Shown piece after piece: positions 28,408 through 37,756 of a stretch of 64,000 nt of DNA (position 1 is its first letter; each line of letters opens with the position of its first letter). The stretch is from Candidatus Krumholzibacteriota bacterium. Lineage in GTDB: Bacteria > Krumholzibacteriota > Krumholzibacteriia > Krumholzibacteriales > Krumholzibacteriaceae. The notes under the pieces were generated by a model. That model was not told the origin of the DNA. It did no database searches and saw nothing but the letters and a program-made list of their open reading frames with translations. Made by a program: the position numbers and the translations under genes. Where the stretch lies: the NCBI GenBank assembly GCA_041309605.1, contig JBFYZH010000017.1:516-64515 (forward strand), written 5' to 3'.

Positions 28408-29510
28408 TTCTTGCCTTTCCGGTCTCCCGGCAACCCCGGCACGCGGGGACGGGCACCACCCCCGGCGTCTCGGTCCTGCGCGCGCCGGCCGGCCGGTTTG
28501 CCGCTTTTGAGCCTGCCGCCGTACATTCTGCTGTAATATCTCCTGAACGAGCCTTCCTTGACGGTTCTCCACCACGTCTCGTTGTTCCGGTACCAGTCGA
28601 CCGTCTTTCGTAAACCTTCGTCGAACGAGGTTTTTTTCCTCCAGCCGAGCGCCCGTATCTTTCTCGTATCAACGGCATAGCGCCAGTCGTGCCCGGGCCG
28701 GTCGGCCACGAGTTGAAGAAGATTCATGTCGGCTCCGGCAAGTTCGATGATTTTTTTTGCGATCCGGATGTTCGGTTTTTCCTCTCCTGCACCGATATTG
28801 TAAACCTCGCCCGTCTTCCCCTTTTCTCCGGCGATTTCGATGGCCTTGCAGTTGTCCTCGACATATATCCAGTCCCTGACGTTCCGGCCGTCCCCGTAAA
28901 GCGGAAGGGGTTTCCCCTCGATGGCGTTCGTCACGAAGAGCGGGATGAATTTTTCCGGATGCTGATACGGCCCGTAGTTGTTCGAACTCCTCGTGACGAT
29001 CACCGGCAGGCCGTATGTCCTGAAAAACGATCTGACAAGCATCTCCGCTCCGGCCTTGCTGGCCGAATAGGGGCTGTTTGGCAGAAGGGGATCTGTTTCC
29101 CGGAACTTTCCCTTCGCAATGCTCCCATAGACTTCGTCGGTCGATATCTGCACGAACCGCGGGATCCGGTGCTTGAGAGACCGTTGCAGAAGCGTGTAGG
29201 TGCCCATGACATCGGTTTTCACAAAGCCGCCGGCCTCCAGTATCGACCTGTCGACATGAGTTTCTGCCGCAAAATTGTATATTATATCCGTCCCGGGGAG
29301 GATGCGGTCGAGAAGCTTCCCGTCGCAGACGTCCCCCTTCACGAATTCGAAGCCCGGCCTGCCCAGCAAATCCGAGATATTGTCCAGATTACCCGCGTAC
29401 GTCAGCTTGTCCAGCACTGTCACATTCCGAATACGCTTCTTTCTCAGCAGCATCCTCACGAAATTGGAACCGATAAACCCGGCTCCACCCGTGACAAGAA
29501 TCCTCTTCAT
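28404..29510 (-). CDS. rfbB: dTDP-glucose 4,6-dehydratase
   Basis: MKRILVTGGAGFIGSNFV...ISTDEVYG...YSASKAGAE. The C-terminal 45 aa is an unusually Arg/Gly/Lys-rich tail. Confidence 0.8.
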   Translation of the reverse strand: MKRILVTGGAGFIGSNFVRMLLRKKRIRNVTVLDKLTYAGNLDNISDLLGRPGFEFVKGDVCDGKLLDRILPGTDIIYNFAAETHVDRSILEAGGFVKTDVMGTYTLLQRSLKHRIPRFVQISTDEVYGSIAKGKFRETDPLLPNSPYSASKAGAEMLVRSFFRTYGLPVIVTRSSNNYGPYQHPEKFIPLFVTNAIEGKPLPLYGDGRNVRDWIYVEDNCKAIEIAGEKGKTGEVYNIGAGEEKPNIRIAKKIIELAGADMNLLQLVADRPGHDWRYAVDTRKIRALGWRKKTSFDEGLRKTVDWYRNNETWWRTVKEGSFRRYYSRMYGGRLKSGKPAGRRAQDRDAGGGARPRVPGLPGDRKGKK

Positions 29511-29548
29511 CGGTACCCCCCGCTTGCCGAACGCTCCTTTCGAGACAT

Positions 29549-30871
29549 TCAGCTGTTTGCGTCGTCCGGTCTTCCGAACGACTGGTACCTGAAACCCATT
29601 TCCTTCATTATGGCCGGCTTGTAGATATTGCGGCAGTCCACGACGACAGGCGCTCTGAGCGTTTTTCTGATCTTTTCGAGATCGAGCTGTCTGAACTCGT
29701 TCCACTCTGTCATGATGACGAGCGCATCCGCACCCTTCATGGCCCCGTAGGAATCATCGAAGTAGACGATCCCCTCTCCATATTCCTTTCTGGCGTTATC
29801 CATCGAAATGGGATCGTAGGCGTGAACGACGGCGCCCTCATCCTTAAGCCTGTCAATGAACCTCAGCGAAGGGGCGTGTCTCAGATCGTCGGTGTTCGGT
29901 TTGAACGACAACCCGAGGATCGCAACCGTTTTTCCACCGAGTTCCGGAACTTCCGCCTTCAATTTCTCCAGGAGGACCTCTATCCGGAATTCGTTTATGT
30001 CGCTGGCCGCCTGTATCAATCCGAGTTTTGCGCCCGCGTCCGCGGCGGTATGCAGGATTGCGGAAATGTCTTTGGGCAGACACGAACCTCCGTACCCCAC
30101 CCCCGCGTGCAGGAATTTCGGGCCGATCCTCTTGTCAAGCCCCATGGCCCTGGCGACCTCGCTTACGTTCGCGCCGACCTTCTCACAGAGATCGGCAATT
30201 TCGTTAATGAACGATATCTTCACGGCAAGGAAGGCGTTGCTCGCGTATTTGACCAGTTCGGCGGTCCTTATCGATGTAAAGACTATCGGTGTCTCAAGGA
30301 GGCAAAGGGGCCGGTAGATCTCTCTCATGATCTCTCTTGCCGTGTCGCTCTCCACGCCGATGATCACCCTGTTGGGACGCATGAAATCTTCTATGGCCGA
30401 CCCTTCCCTGAGAAATTCAGGGTTCGAAACGAGGTCGAACGGGATGTCCCTTGTGAGATTCTCGCTGATGATCCTTCCCACGGCTTCCGAAGTGCCGACC
30501 GGCACGGTACTCTTCTGGACGAATATTTTGTATTCCTCCATGTTGTCGGCGACATTCTTGGCAACCTGGCGCACGGCGCTCAGGTCCGCCGCCCCGTCTT
30601 CTCCCATCGGAGTGCCGACAGCTGAGAATATGACTTGTGAAGCCTTGACGGCCGCCTCCAGATCGGTCGTGAATTCCAGTCTTCCGGCGTCGTAGTTACG
30701 CCTGACAAGTTCCTTCAGCCCCGGTTCGTAAATGGGCATTATACCTTTTTTGATGTTCTCGATCCTGTCGTCGTCTATATCCACGCAGATGACGGTGTTG
30801 CCGAAATCGGCAAGGCACGCGCCGCTGACGAGTCCGACATAACCGGTACCGACCATGCAGATCTTTGGCAT
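29549..30871 (-). CDS. ugd: UDP-glucose 6-dehydrogenase family protein
   Basis: MPKICMVGTGYVGLVSGACLADFGN; GVGYGGSCLPKD carries the catalytic Cys. Confidence 0.75.
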   Translation of the reverse strand: MPKICMVGTGYVGLVSGACLADFGNTVICVDIDDDRIENIKKGIMPIYEPGLKELVRRNYDAGRLEFTTDLEAAVKASQVIFSAVGTPMGEDGAADLSAVRQVAKNVADNMEEYKIFVQKSTVPVGTSEAVGRIISENLTRDIPFDLVSNPEFLREGSAIEDFMRPNRVIIGVESDTAREIMREIYRPLCLLETPIVFTSIRTAELVKYASNAFLAVKISFINEIADLCEKVGANVSEVARAMGLDKRIGPKFLHAGVGYGGSCLPKDISAILHTAADAGAKLGLIQAASDINEFRIEVLLEKLKAEVPELGGKTVAILGLSFKPNTDDLRHAPSLRFIDRLKDEGAVVHAYDPISMDNARKEYGEGIVYFDDSYGAMKGADALVIMTEWNEFRQLDLEKIRKTLRAPVVVDCRNIYKPAIMKEMGFRYQSFGRPDDANS

Positions 30872-31028
30872 TCGCCACTTCCTTTCCCGGTCAATTCACA
30901 GGATGCAGGGCGGGTCAAAAAAAAGCAGCCCCCGCCTATCCATCCTCGAAGACAATTAATAACAGATTTTATCCCGCAGCGCCAGAAGCTTGACAAAATC
31001 CGGCTGCCGATGTCGCCCCGCCGCACTT

Positions 31029-31991
31029 CTAAATACCGGAATCCGCGCGGGCGCTCCACCAGCGGAAAAGATCCCCGAGCATGCTGTCCACCGCGATCTC
31101 CGGCCGCCATCCCGTCCGAACACGAAGCTTTGTACTGTCGCCCACAAGGACCTTTACATCCACCGGCCTCATGAGGGCCGGATCCTGCTTCACGATGACA
31201 TCTATTCCGGCTATCGAGATCAACTTTTCGAGCGCTTCGCCCAGATCCAGCCCCATGCCCGACGAGACGTTGTAAGTCTCGCCATCCTTCCCCTTTTCAA
31301 GCAACATCCTGTAGGCGCGCACGACATCCCTGACATCCAGGAAATCCCTCTTCACATCCAGATTTCCGGTTCTGATCACCGGAGGATCGATACCGGCCTT
31401 TATCCTCGCACACTGCCGCGCGAAGGAGGGCAGCACGAAGGATTCCGTCTGGCCCGGACCTGTATGGCTGAAGCTCCTGCTCAGGACGACCCGGCTTCCG
31501 AAAGCACGGAAATACTGCATGGAAAGCAGATTCTGTGCCGCTTTACTCGAAGCATAAGGGCTGACCGGTTCAATGGGACTGTTTTCCCCGAGAGGCATCT
31601 CGCCGGGAAAGCGCCTGCCGTACTCCTCGCTCGAACCGGTGACGAATATCCTCGCTCCGATACCCGCCGTCCTTTCCGCTTCGAGAAGATTCAGCGTGCC
31701 GATGACGTTCGTTTCGAGGGTCCCCCGAGGATCGACGAACGACAGCGCCGCCGAACCTTGCGCGGCCAGATGGAAAATCGCGTCTGGTCTGAATTCCGAA
31801 ATGACATTCCCGAACCCGTCTCTGTCAAGAAGATCGCATTTTCTGAATATCGCCCCGGCGGGAAATCCGTCCGCGCAAGGCGAGGGTTTTTCGCATAGAT
31901 CGACAGCCGCCGTCTCATATCCGGCGTCAACCAGTTCCTTCACCAAGTGTCTGCCGACGAACCCGCCGGCTCCTGTCACAAGTGCTCTCAT
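31029..31991 (-). CDS. NAD-dependent epimerase/dehydratase; GDP-6-deoxy-D-mannose reductase (Rmd)-like
   Basis: MRALVTGAGGFVGRHLVKEL, YASSKAAQN (the YxxxK motif). Immediately downstream of the gmd-like gene. Confidence 0.55.
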   Translation of the reverse strand: MRALVTGAGGFVGRHLVKELVDAGYETAAVDLCEKPSPCADGFPAGAIFRKCDLLDRDGFGNVISEFRPDAIFHLAAQGSAALSFVDPRGTLETNVIGTLNLLEAERTAGIGARIFVTGSSEEYGRRFPGEMPLGENSPIEPVSPYASSKAAQNLLSMQYFRAFGSRVVLSRSFSHTGPGQTESFVLPSFARQCARIKAGIDPPVIRTGNLDVKRDFLDVRDVVRAYRMLLEKGKDGETYNVSSGMGLDLGEALEKLISIAGIDVIVKQDPALMRPVDVKVLVGDSTKLRVRTGWRPEIAVDSMLGDLFRWWSARADSGI

Positions 31992-32006
31992 GGAAATCCC
32001 GTTCCG

Positions 32007-32969
32007 TTAAATCTTCGGCGGGCAGTTTCTCCAGAAATCGAGAAGATCGGCCAGTGTTTTGTCTATCGGTATCTCCGGCTTCCATCCGGTATCCTTGCGG
32101 AAAACCGAATAATCCCCCTCGAGCAGCGGAACGTCGCTGGGGCGGAGCCTGCCTATATCGGTATGGACTTCGACTTTTACACCGCTGATCTTGATGAGCT
32201 TGTCGAGAATCTCCCTTATACCGTAACTTTTTCCGGTGCAGATATTATAGACCGCCCCGGGAATGCCTTTCTCGAGGGACAACCAGTAGGCACGCACCAT
32301 ATCGCGCACGTCGGTGAAATCCCGCCTGGCGTCGAGGTTCCCGACCTCCATGACCGGCTTCCTCAGACCATTCTCGATGTTGACTATCTGCCTGGCGAAA
32401 TCGCTGCAAACGAATACCGGGGCACGCCTGGGTCCCGTATGGTTGAACCCCCGCGTCCTTACTATCTTCATGCCGTAACTCATGAAGTACTGGTATCCGA
32501 GCATGTCCTGCCCCACCTTGCTCACGCCGTACGGACTGAGCGGCCGCAGCGGATTTGACTCCTTTATGGGCACTTCGTCCGGATAGACCATGCCGTACTC
32601 CTCGCTGGAACAGGCTATCTGTATGCGGCAGTCAAGGCCGAGCTTCTTTACCGCTTCGAAAATATTAAGCTGCCCGATAATGTTCGTCTGAAGCGATTCG
32701 CTTGGAGCCTTCCAGGAAGTCGGGACGAAGCTCTGTGCGGCAAGATGAAATATATATTCGGGCCTGATCTGTTCTATGACGTCCCTTGTCGATGAAGCGT
32801 CGCGCAGGTCGCATTCGAGAAGCCCGATCCTTTCCTCGATATGTTCGATATTCTCAGTCCGGCTTCTCCACCGGATCATTCCGTACAGCTCCACGTTTTT
32901 TTTGGAAAGGCAGAGTTCGGCAAGGTGGCTGCCTGCAAAACCGGTTATGCCGGTGATCAATACTCGCAT
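32007..32969 (-). CDS. gmd: GDP-mannose 4,6-dehydratase (short form)
   Basis: MRVLITGITGFAGSHLAE...YGVSKVGQDMLGYQYF...GFNHTGPRR. Confidence 0.65.
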   Translation of the reverse strand: MRVLITGITGFAGSHLAELCLSKKNVELYGMIRWRSRTENIEHIEERIGLLECDLRDASSTRDVIEQIRPEYIFHLAAQSFVPTSWKAPSESLQTNIIGQLNIFEAVKKLGLDCRIQIACSSEEYGMVYPDEVPIKESNPLRPLSPYGVSKVGQDMLGYQYFMSYGMKIVRTRGFNHTGPRRAPVFVCSDFARQIVNIENGLRKPVMEVGNLDARRDFTDVRDMVRAYWLSLEKGIPGAVYNICTGKSYGIREILDKLIKISGVKVEVHTDIGRLRPSDVPLLEGDYSVFRKDTGWKPEIPIDKTLADLLDFWRNCPPKI

Positions 32970-33137
32970 CAGGTACCCCTTTTCCAGTCATACCGAAGGA
33001 GGGAACTTCGGCGTAAACGATACAACTTCAAGTTTTTAGATTATATCAGATTGCCGGATACGGTCAAGCAGTCAATATCCCTTCAATATTGTGGCCTGTT
33101 TTTTCAAACCCCGATCACCGGAGACGATACCATCATC

Positions 33138-33785
33138 TCACGGCGTAAATACCATGCAGTAAGTATGGTCGTAACCGAAATCCGGAGCGTCCCAGCAGGC
33201 GACGGTCTCACCCCTGAAGGTAAGCACCTTTGACAGTGCGGCGGCGACGTCCCACGCGAAAGTGGATATGCCGGCCTCAAGCTTGAGGTTGCCCGCCTCC
33301 ACGACGACATGAGCCCCCGGTTTCATCAGGGGCTTCATCTGGAGGAATATATCCGCAAGCTCCCCTATATAGCTCTGATAACCTCTTCCGGGACCGGTGT
33401 AGGCGGTAAGCGGGTCGTCATTTTCACCCGGCCCCATGTACGGATAGGGAGGGGATGTGATGCACAGGTCGAATGGCGGAACACGCAGCGACGAAAGATG
33501 CCTTGAATCGCCGTGCACAAGATTGACCGGCTCGGTTATTTTCGATTTGATGAACTCCGCCCTGGCACGGTCGATCTCGACCCCGAAGGGGATCCTGCCC
33601 ATCCTTTCGGCCACAACGAGGGCGGTGCCGAATCCCGCGAAGGGATCGAATACCAGATCTTTTTCGCGGGTGAACCTGCGGATGAAATGCTCCACCATGC
33701 CGTCGGGAAATCTCACGTCCTGGTTCCTGTACTTTTCAGGCAGGACCTGGCGGCATTCTTTTGTAAGTTCGAGGAACGTCTTCAT
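33138..33785 (-). CDS. small SAM-dependent methyltransferase with an (S/D)PPY motif (N6-adenine/N4-cytosine DNA MTase-like or m2G RNA MTase-like)
   Basis: VFDPFAGFGTALVVAERMG (motif I), then HGDSRHL...FDLCITSPPYPYMG (motif IV). Start chosen at MKTFLELTKE, which gives about 215 aa. Confidence 0.5.
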   Translation of the reverse strand: MKTFLELTKECRQVLPEKYRNQDVRFPDGMVEHFIRRFTREKDLVFDPFAGFGTALVVAERMGRIPFGVEIDRARAEFIKSKITEPVNLVHGDSRHLSSLRVPPFDLCITSPPYPYMGPGENDDPLTAYTGPGRGYQSYIGELADIFLQMKPLMKPGAHVVVEAGNLKLEAGISTFAWDVAAALSKVLTFRGETVACWDAPDFGYDHTYCMVFTP

Positions 33786-33962
33786 GTTTGTCGCGCCTTT
33801 CCACCGGATTCTGATGCATACTCCATGCCCGGCCGCGTTCCGGCCGCAATCCGGTCCATATTGAATTTTTCCGATAAAAAAGGAATTTTTTGAAACCAAA
33901 AGGAGGCAGGTCTCGTAGAAATCACAAGAGATGAACGTCAATCTTAAATGGAGGTTGCCCAA

Positions 33963-35198
33963 ATGAAACCGGTGAGGATTTTAACGGCCGCACTGGCCCT
34001 TGCGTTGATTTGCACCTCCGCGCTGGCGGACAACAGTGGAAGAATCTATGGCAAAATCACGACCGTCGACGGCGAGGTCTTCGAGGGTCTGATCCGCTGG
34101 GACAAGAACGAGGGATCCTGGGTCGATTTCCTTAATGGCAACAAGGAACTTTCCTGGAAAAACAGAAGCGACAGAAGACATTACGGCGACAGGAGGAAAA
34201 AGATCACCATCTTCGGAATTCCTGTCGGGTATTCCGACACTTACGAATATCATTCAGGTTCGGCGCAGTCGGGGATCAGGTTCGGGCATATCGGCAGGCT
34301 CGAGGTGGTGGACGACGACGCGGTCCTGCTGACTCTGAAATCCGGGAAAGAACTTGAACTCGAAAACGGCTCCACGGACATAGGCACATCGATTCGCGAG
34401 ATCATCATCGAGGACCGTCAGGAGGGCGAGATAGGTTTCGACTGGGACGACATCGAATCGATCGATTTTCAGCAGGGCGGCGCCGACCTTGTCTCCGGCT
34501 TCGGAGAACGTCTTTATGGGACGGTGAAGACCAGGCATGGCGACGAGTTCAAGGGATGGATCTGCTGGGACGTCGACGAACTGTTCACCGAGGATGTTAT
34601 TGACGGCGAGGATAACCACAGAAACAGAAAGATAAAATTCGGCGCCCTGCAGGCCATCGAGCGCAGAAACTCGAGCAGCGCCGTTCTGCACATGAAAAAC
34701 GGCGACCAGTTGACGCTCAGGGGAACAAACGACGTGGACGACTCGAACAGGGGAATCGTGATAACGAATCTCGATATCGGAGAGATCGTTGTCGGCTGGG
34801 ACGAATTCGACAGGCTCGATCTTCAAAAGGTTCCAGCGGAGACAAGATACGACAGGTTCGACGGCGGCGCGTATATCGAGGGAACGGTCACCACTCAGGA
34901 CGGGCAGAAGTACACCGGCAGGATCAAATGGGACGACGACGAGGAATACACATGGGAATTCATCGACGGCTACTACCGCGACATCGATTTTAACGTCGAA
35001 TTCGCCAATATCGCCGAAATACGGCACAAGGGATCCCGGTCGGCTGAAATAACACTTCGCGACGGCCGCATTTTCCGCCTTCGCGGCTCTAACGACGTCG
35101 ACGAGGATAACAAGGGGATATATATCAGGGAAAGTGGCGGCGAGGAAGTCCGGATAGACTGGGATGAACTCGAATCGGCCGTGTTCGTCAAGAAATAG
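33963..35198 (+). CDS. secreted protein with three tandem repeats of about 120 aa (hypothetical, no family recognised)
   Basis: Signal peptide MKPVRILTAALALALICTSALA. Three repeats share G(R/A)xYG.V.T..G..(F/Y).G.I.WD..E....IDG and a second half L.L+.G..L.L.G.NDVD..N+GI.I.....GE..I.WDE.....F. Start taken at the Met preceding the signal peptide. Confidence 0.6.
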   Translation: MKPVRILTAALALALICTSALADNSGRIYGKITTVDGEVFEGLIRWDKNEGSWVDFLNGNKELSWKNRSDRRHYGDRRKKITIFGIPVGYSDTYEYHSGSAQSGIRFGHIGRLEVVDDDAVLLTLKSGKELELENGSTDIGTSIREIIIEDRQEGEIGFDWDDIESIDFQQGGADLVSGFGERLYGTVKTRHGDEFKGWICWDVDELFTEDVIDGEDNHRNRKIKFGALQAIERRNSSSAVLHMKNGDQLTLRGTNDVDDSNRGIVITNLDIGEIVVGWDEFDRLDLQKVPAETRYDRFDGGAYIEGTVTTQDGQKYTGRIKWDDDEEYTWEFIDGYYRDIDFNVEFANIAEIRHKGSRSAEITLRDGRIFRLRGSNDVDEDNKGIYIRESGGEEVRIDWDELESAVFVKK

Positions 35199-35235
35199 GA
35201 CCGCCGTTCGTCCGGGCAACGAGTATCCGAAAAAA

Positions 35236-35955
35236 CTATTTGCCGCGAAGTTCCTCGAACACCGCTTCGGCCGCGTCCCGCGGCGAAGGAGCGTCGTATA
35301 TCGGTCTTCCGATAACGAGGTAACTCGATCCGGCTTCCATCGCTGCTTTCGGCGTGGCTATGCGCTTCTGGTCCTCGGCGGCCGTACCTGCGGGCCTTAT
35401 GCCCGGCGTTACGATGATGAAGTCCGCCCCGAACTCAGCACGCAAAGCCGAAGTTTCCTTTACCGAAGCCACCACGCCGTCGAGCCCGGCCTCCCTGGCG
35501 AGCCGCGCGCGCCTGAGCACCAGGCTTTCGACGTCTTCCTCGTAGCAGGAGACGTCCATAAGGTCTTCCGATGACATGCTCGTAAGAACCGTGACACCGA
35601 CGATGAGGGGCCTTGCGGTATTATTTCTCTGAGCGGTTTCCAGGGCGGCTTCCGCCGCCGCCCTCATCATGGGCAGCCCCCCGCATGTATGAACCGTCAT
35701 CATACCTATACCCAGGCCCGCCGCCGCCCTGGCGGATCCGGCGACGGTGGCGGGAATATCGTGGAATTTCAGGTCAAGAAACACCGAAGCGCCGCGCTTT
35801 GATATTTCTTCAATCATTACCGGTCCCTCGGCCGTAAAAAGCCTGCTTCCCACCTTGAAGCAATCAACCGTTCCCTCGAGGGAATCGACCAGCCTGAGAG
35901 CCTCGGCCCTTGTCTGAACATCGAGAGCCACTATTATACGCGGGGTCCTTTTCAT
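35236..35955 (-). CDS. pyrF: orotidine 5'-phosphate decarboxylase
   Basis: IIVALDV...VDCFKVGSRLF...LDLKFHDIPATV...VIGRPI. Confidence 0.85.
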   Translation of the reverse strand: MKRTPRIIVALDVQTRAEALRLVDSLEGTVDCFKVGSRLFTAEGPVMIEEISKRGASVFLDLKFHDIPATVAGSARAAAGLGIGMMTVHTCGGLPMMRAAAEAALETAQRNNTARPLIVGVTVLTSMSSEDLMDVSCYEEDVESLVLRRARLAREAGLDGVVASVKETSALRAEFGADFIIVTPGIRPAGTAAEDQKRIATPKAAMEAGSSYLVIGRPIYDAPSPRDAAEAVFEELRGK

Positions 35956-35980
35956 CCTTCTTCCTTTCGGACATTTCCGG

Positions 35981-36871
35981 TCAAAGGTCTATCGGCGCCG
36001 GCACTCCCCCCCGTTCAAGTTCGACCACGATTCTTCCTGGAAGACCGGGATCATAAAAGACGGCGGTACCCACCTGGATGCCGGCCGCTCCGGCCATGAA
36101 AAATTTCATCGCATCGCGGACCGAGGATATCCCGCCTGCTCCGATCACGGGGATCTTCACCGCGCGGACTATCCGCCAGACCGCTTCAAGCGCCACAGGA
36201 AGAATCGCCGGTCCCGAAAGCCCGGCTCTTACCCGTCTGAATACCGGGCGCCGATTCTCGACGTCTATATCCATGCCTAGAACGGTGTTGATCGCGGTGA
36301 TTCCGTCCGCTCCCGCCCGCTCGGCGGCCTCGGCAATCAGGGTTATGTCCTGCACGTTCGGCGTAAGCTTGGCGAGGACCGCCACGCCGGGAAGTCTCAC
36401 CTTCGCCTCCCGGACATACATGCCCACGGTCGCGGGATCGGTTCCCACGGTCATCCCGCCCTTTTCGACGTTCGGACACGAGAGATTCAGTTCGATTACA
36501 TCGACCTGCCCGTGACGGGATGTCTCGTCGAGAAGCTCAACGTAGTCCTCCCAATCTTCCGCGGCGAGGCTTACAACCGGTCTTAATCCCGCATCCAGAA
36601 GAGCGGGGAATTTTTCGCCGAAAAACCCGGCTGCGCCTACATTCTCCAGCCCTATCGAGTTGAGCAGCCCCGAATCCGTTTCATGCAGCCTCACGCCGGG
36701 ATTTCCCATACGGGGCTCGAGCGATATCGTCTTTGTCACGATCCCGCCGAGTCGGGCAAGGTCGACCATCCCCGAATATTCCAGGCCGTATCCCGCCGGT
36801 CCCGATGCGAGAAGAACGGGATTCACGAATGACGCATTTCCTATAGACAACGTCCCTTGCTTCCCTTTCAT
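35981..36871 (-). CDS. pyrD: dihydroorotate dehydrogenase, catalytic subunit (class 1B)
   Basis: NPVLLASGPAGYG...IELNLSCPNV...GADGITAINTV...GGISSVRDAMKF. Confidence 0.8.
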   Translation of the reverse strand: MKGKQGTLSIGNASFVNPVLLASGPAGYGLEYSGMVDLARLGGIVTKTISLEPRMGNPGVRLHETDSGLLNSIGLENVGAAGFFGEKFPALLDAGLRPVVSLAAEDWEDYVELLDETSRHGQVDVIELNLSCPNVEKGGMTVGTDPATVGMYVREAKVRLPGVAVLAKLTPNVQDITLIAEAAERAGADGITAINTVLGMDIDVENRRPVFRRVRAGLSGPAILPVALEAVWRIVRAVKIPVIGAGGISSVRDAMKFFMAGAAGIQVGTAVFYDPGLPGRIVVELERGGVPAPIDL

Positions 36872-37683
36872 TCCCGCCACTCCTCCCAGGCGATGTCGGA
36901 TGCCCTGAATACCGTACCGTCATCGCAGACAGTCCTGAGGACAATCCGTCCATCCTGACGCACCGGCACGGTGCATCCCCGGCAGGCTCCGACTCCGCAG
37001 GCCATGACAGCCTCGAGCGATGTGAAATGGTTTTCGAACCTGTCATCAACCCTTTCAACGAGAGCTCTGACCATCCCGGCCGGACCGCATGAATACAGAT
37101 TCGTGGCGGAGATCCTCTTTTCACCAAGGAGTTTTTCGAGGAGAGTCACCACATCCCCCGTAAATCCGACCGAACCGTCCATCGTCGACCTGAACACAAA
37201 ATCAAAATCCGAGTCGAAAAATACACCCGGCGACTCCTCCCTGCCGGCCGCGCCGTGCACCAGATAGATCTTTCCGCACACGCCCCCCTTCTTCCATGTT
37301 CTGGCCGAGTAAATCATCGGCGCAAGCCCGGTTCCTCCCGCGACCATGACCGTGTCGCAACCTTGCGGATCGGCGAAAAAGGTTCCCCCGAGCGGTCCAG
37401 CCATATCCATTACGTCACCACGACGGGCCGAAGCGAGTACCCCCGAACCTCTCCCTACGATCTTTACCAGCAGAACCAGTTCCAGCCCCGTAAGGTCCAT
37501 TATGCTGTATGGTCTTCTCAGCAGGGGTACCGTCGAATCACACACCCTGACGGACACGAACTGTCCCGGCAATGCGTCCGGGAAACCTTCCGGCCTGTCG
37601 AACACGACTATGCTGCAGAGCGAAGACAACTTTTCAACGCGCCTTATGGCGGCTCTGAAAGATCTCTTCCCTTCCACGTTCAT
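36868..37683 (-). CDS. pyrK: dihydroorotate dehydrogenase electron-transfer subunit
   Basis: FAD/NAD-binding fold RRPYSIM...GVLASARRGDVMDMAGPLG. C-terminal 2Fe-2S Cys cluster CGVGACRGCTV...C. Confidence 0.75.
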   Translation of the reverse strand: MNVEGKRSFRAAIRRVEKLSSLCSIVVFDRPEGFPDALPGQFVSVRVCDSTVPLLRRPYSIMDLTGLELVLLVKIVGRGSGVLASARRGDVMDMAGPLGGTFFADPQGCDTVMVAGGTGLAPMIYSARTWKKGGVCGKIYLVHGAAGREESPGVFFDSDFDFVFRSTMDGSVGFTGDVVTLLEKLLGEKRISATNLYSCGPAGMVRALVERVDDRFENHFTSLEAVMACGVGACRGCTVPVRQDGRIVLRTVCDDGTVFRASDIAWEEWRE

Positions 37684-37756
37684 CCGGTCTCCCTCACCTT
37701 CGGGCCACGATGCGATCTCCCGGACCCGCTTTCGCAACTTTTATCGCATCGACGGA

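Noticed and set aside
30890-30930. GGCGGG...A8...CCCGCC inverted repeat in the ugd/rmd gap, considered as a terminator
   Set aside because: The A/U run is inside the loop rather than 3' of the stem, so it is not a canonical intrinsic terminator. It may be a promoter-region structure.
32991-33009. Hairpin CCGAAG-GAGGGAA-CTTCGG between gmd and the methyltransferase, considered as a terminator
   Set aside because: No U-run follows on either strand. It lies in the gmd 5' UTR, so at most it is a leader structure.
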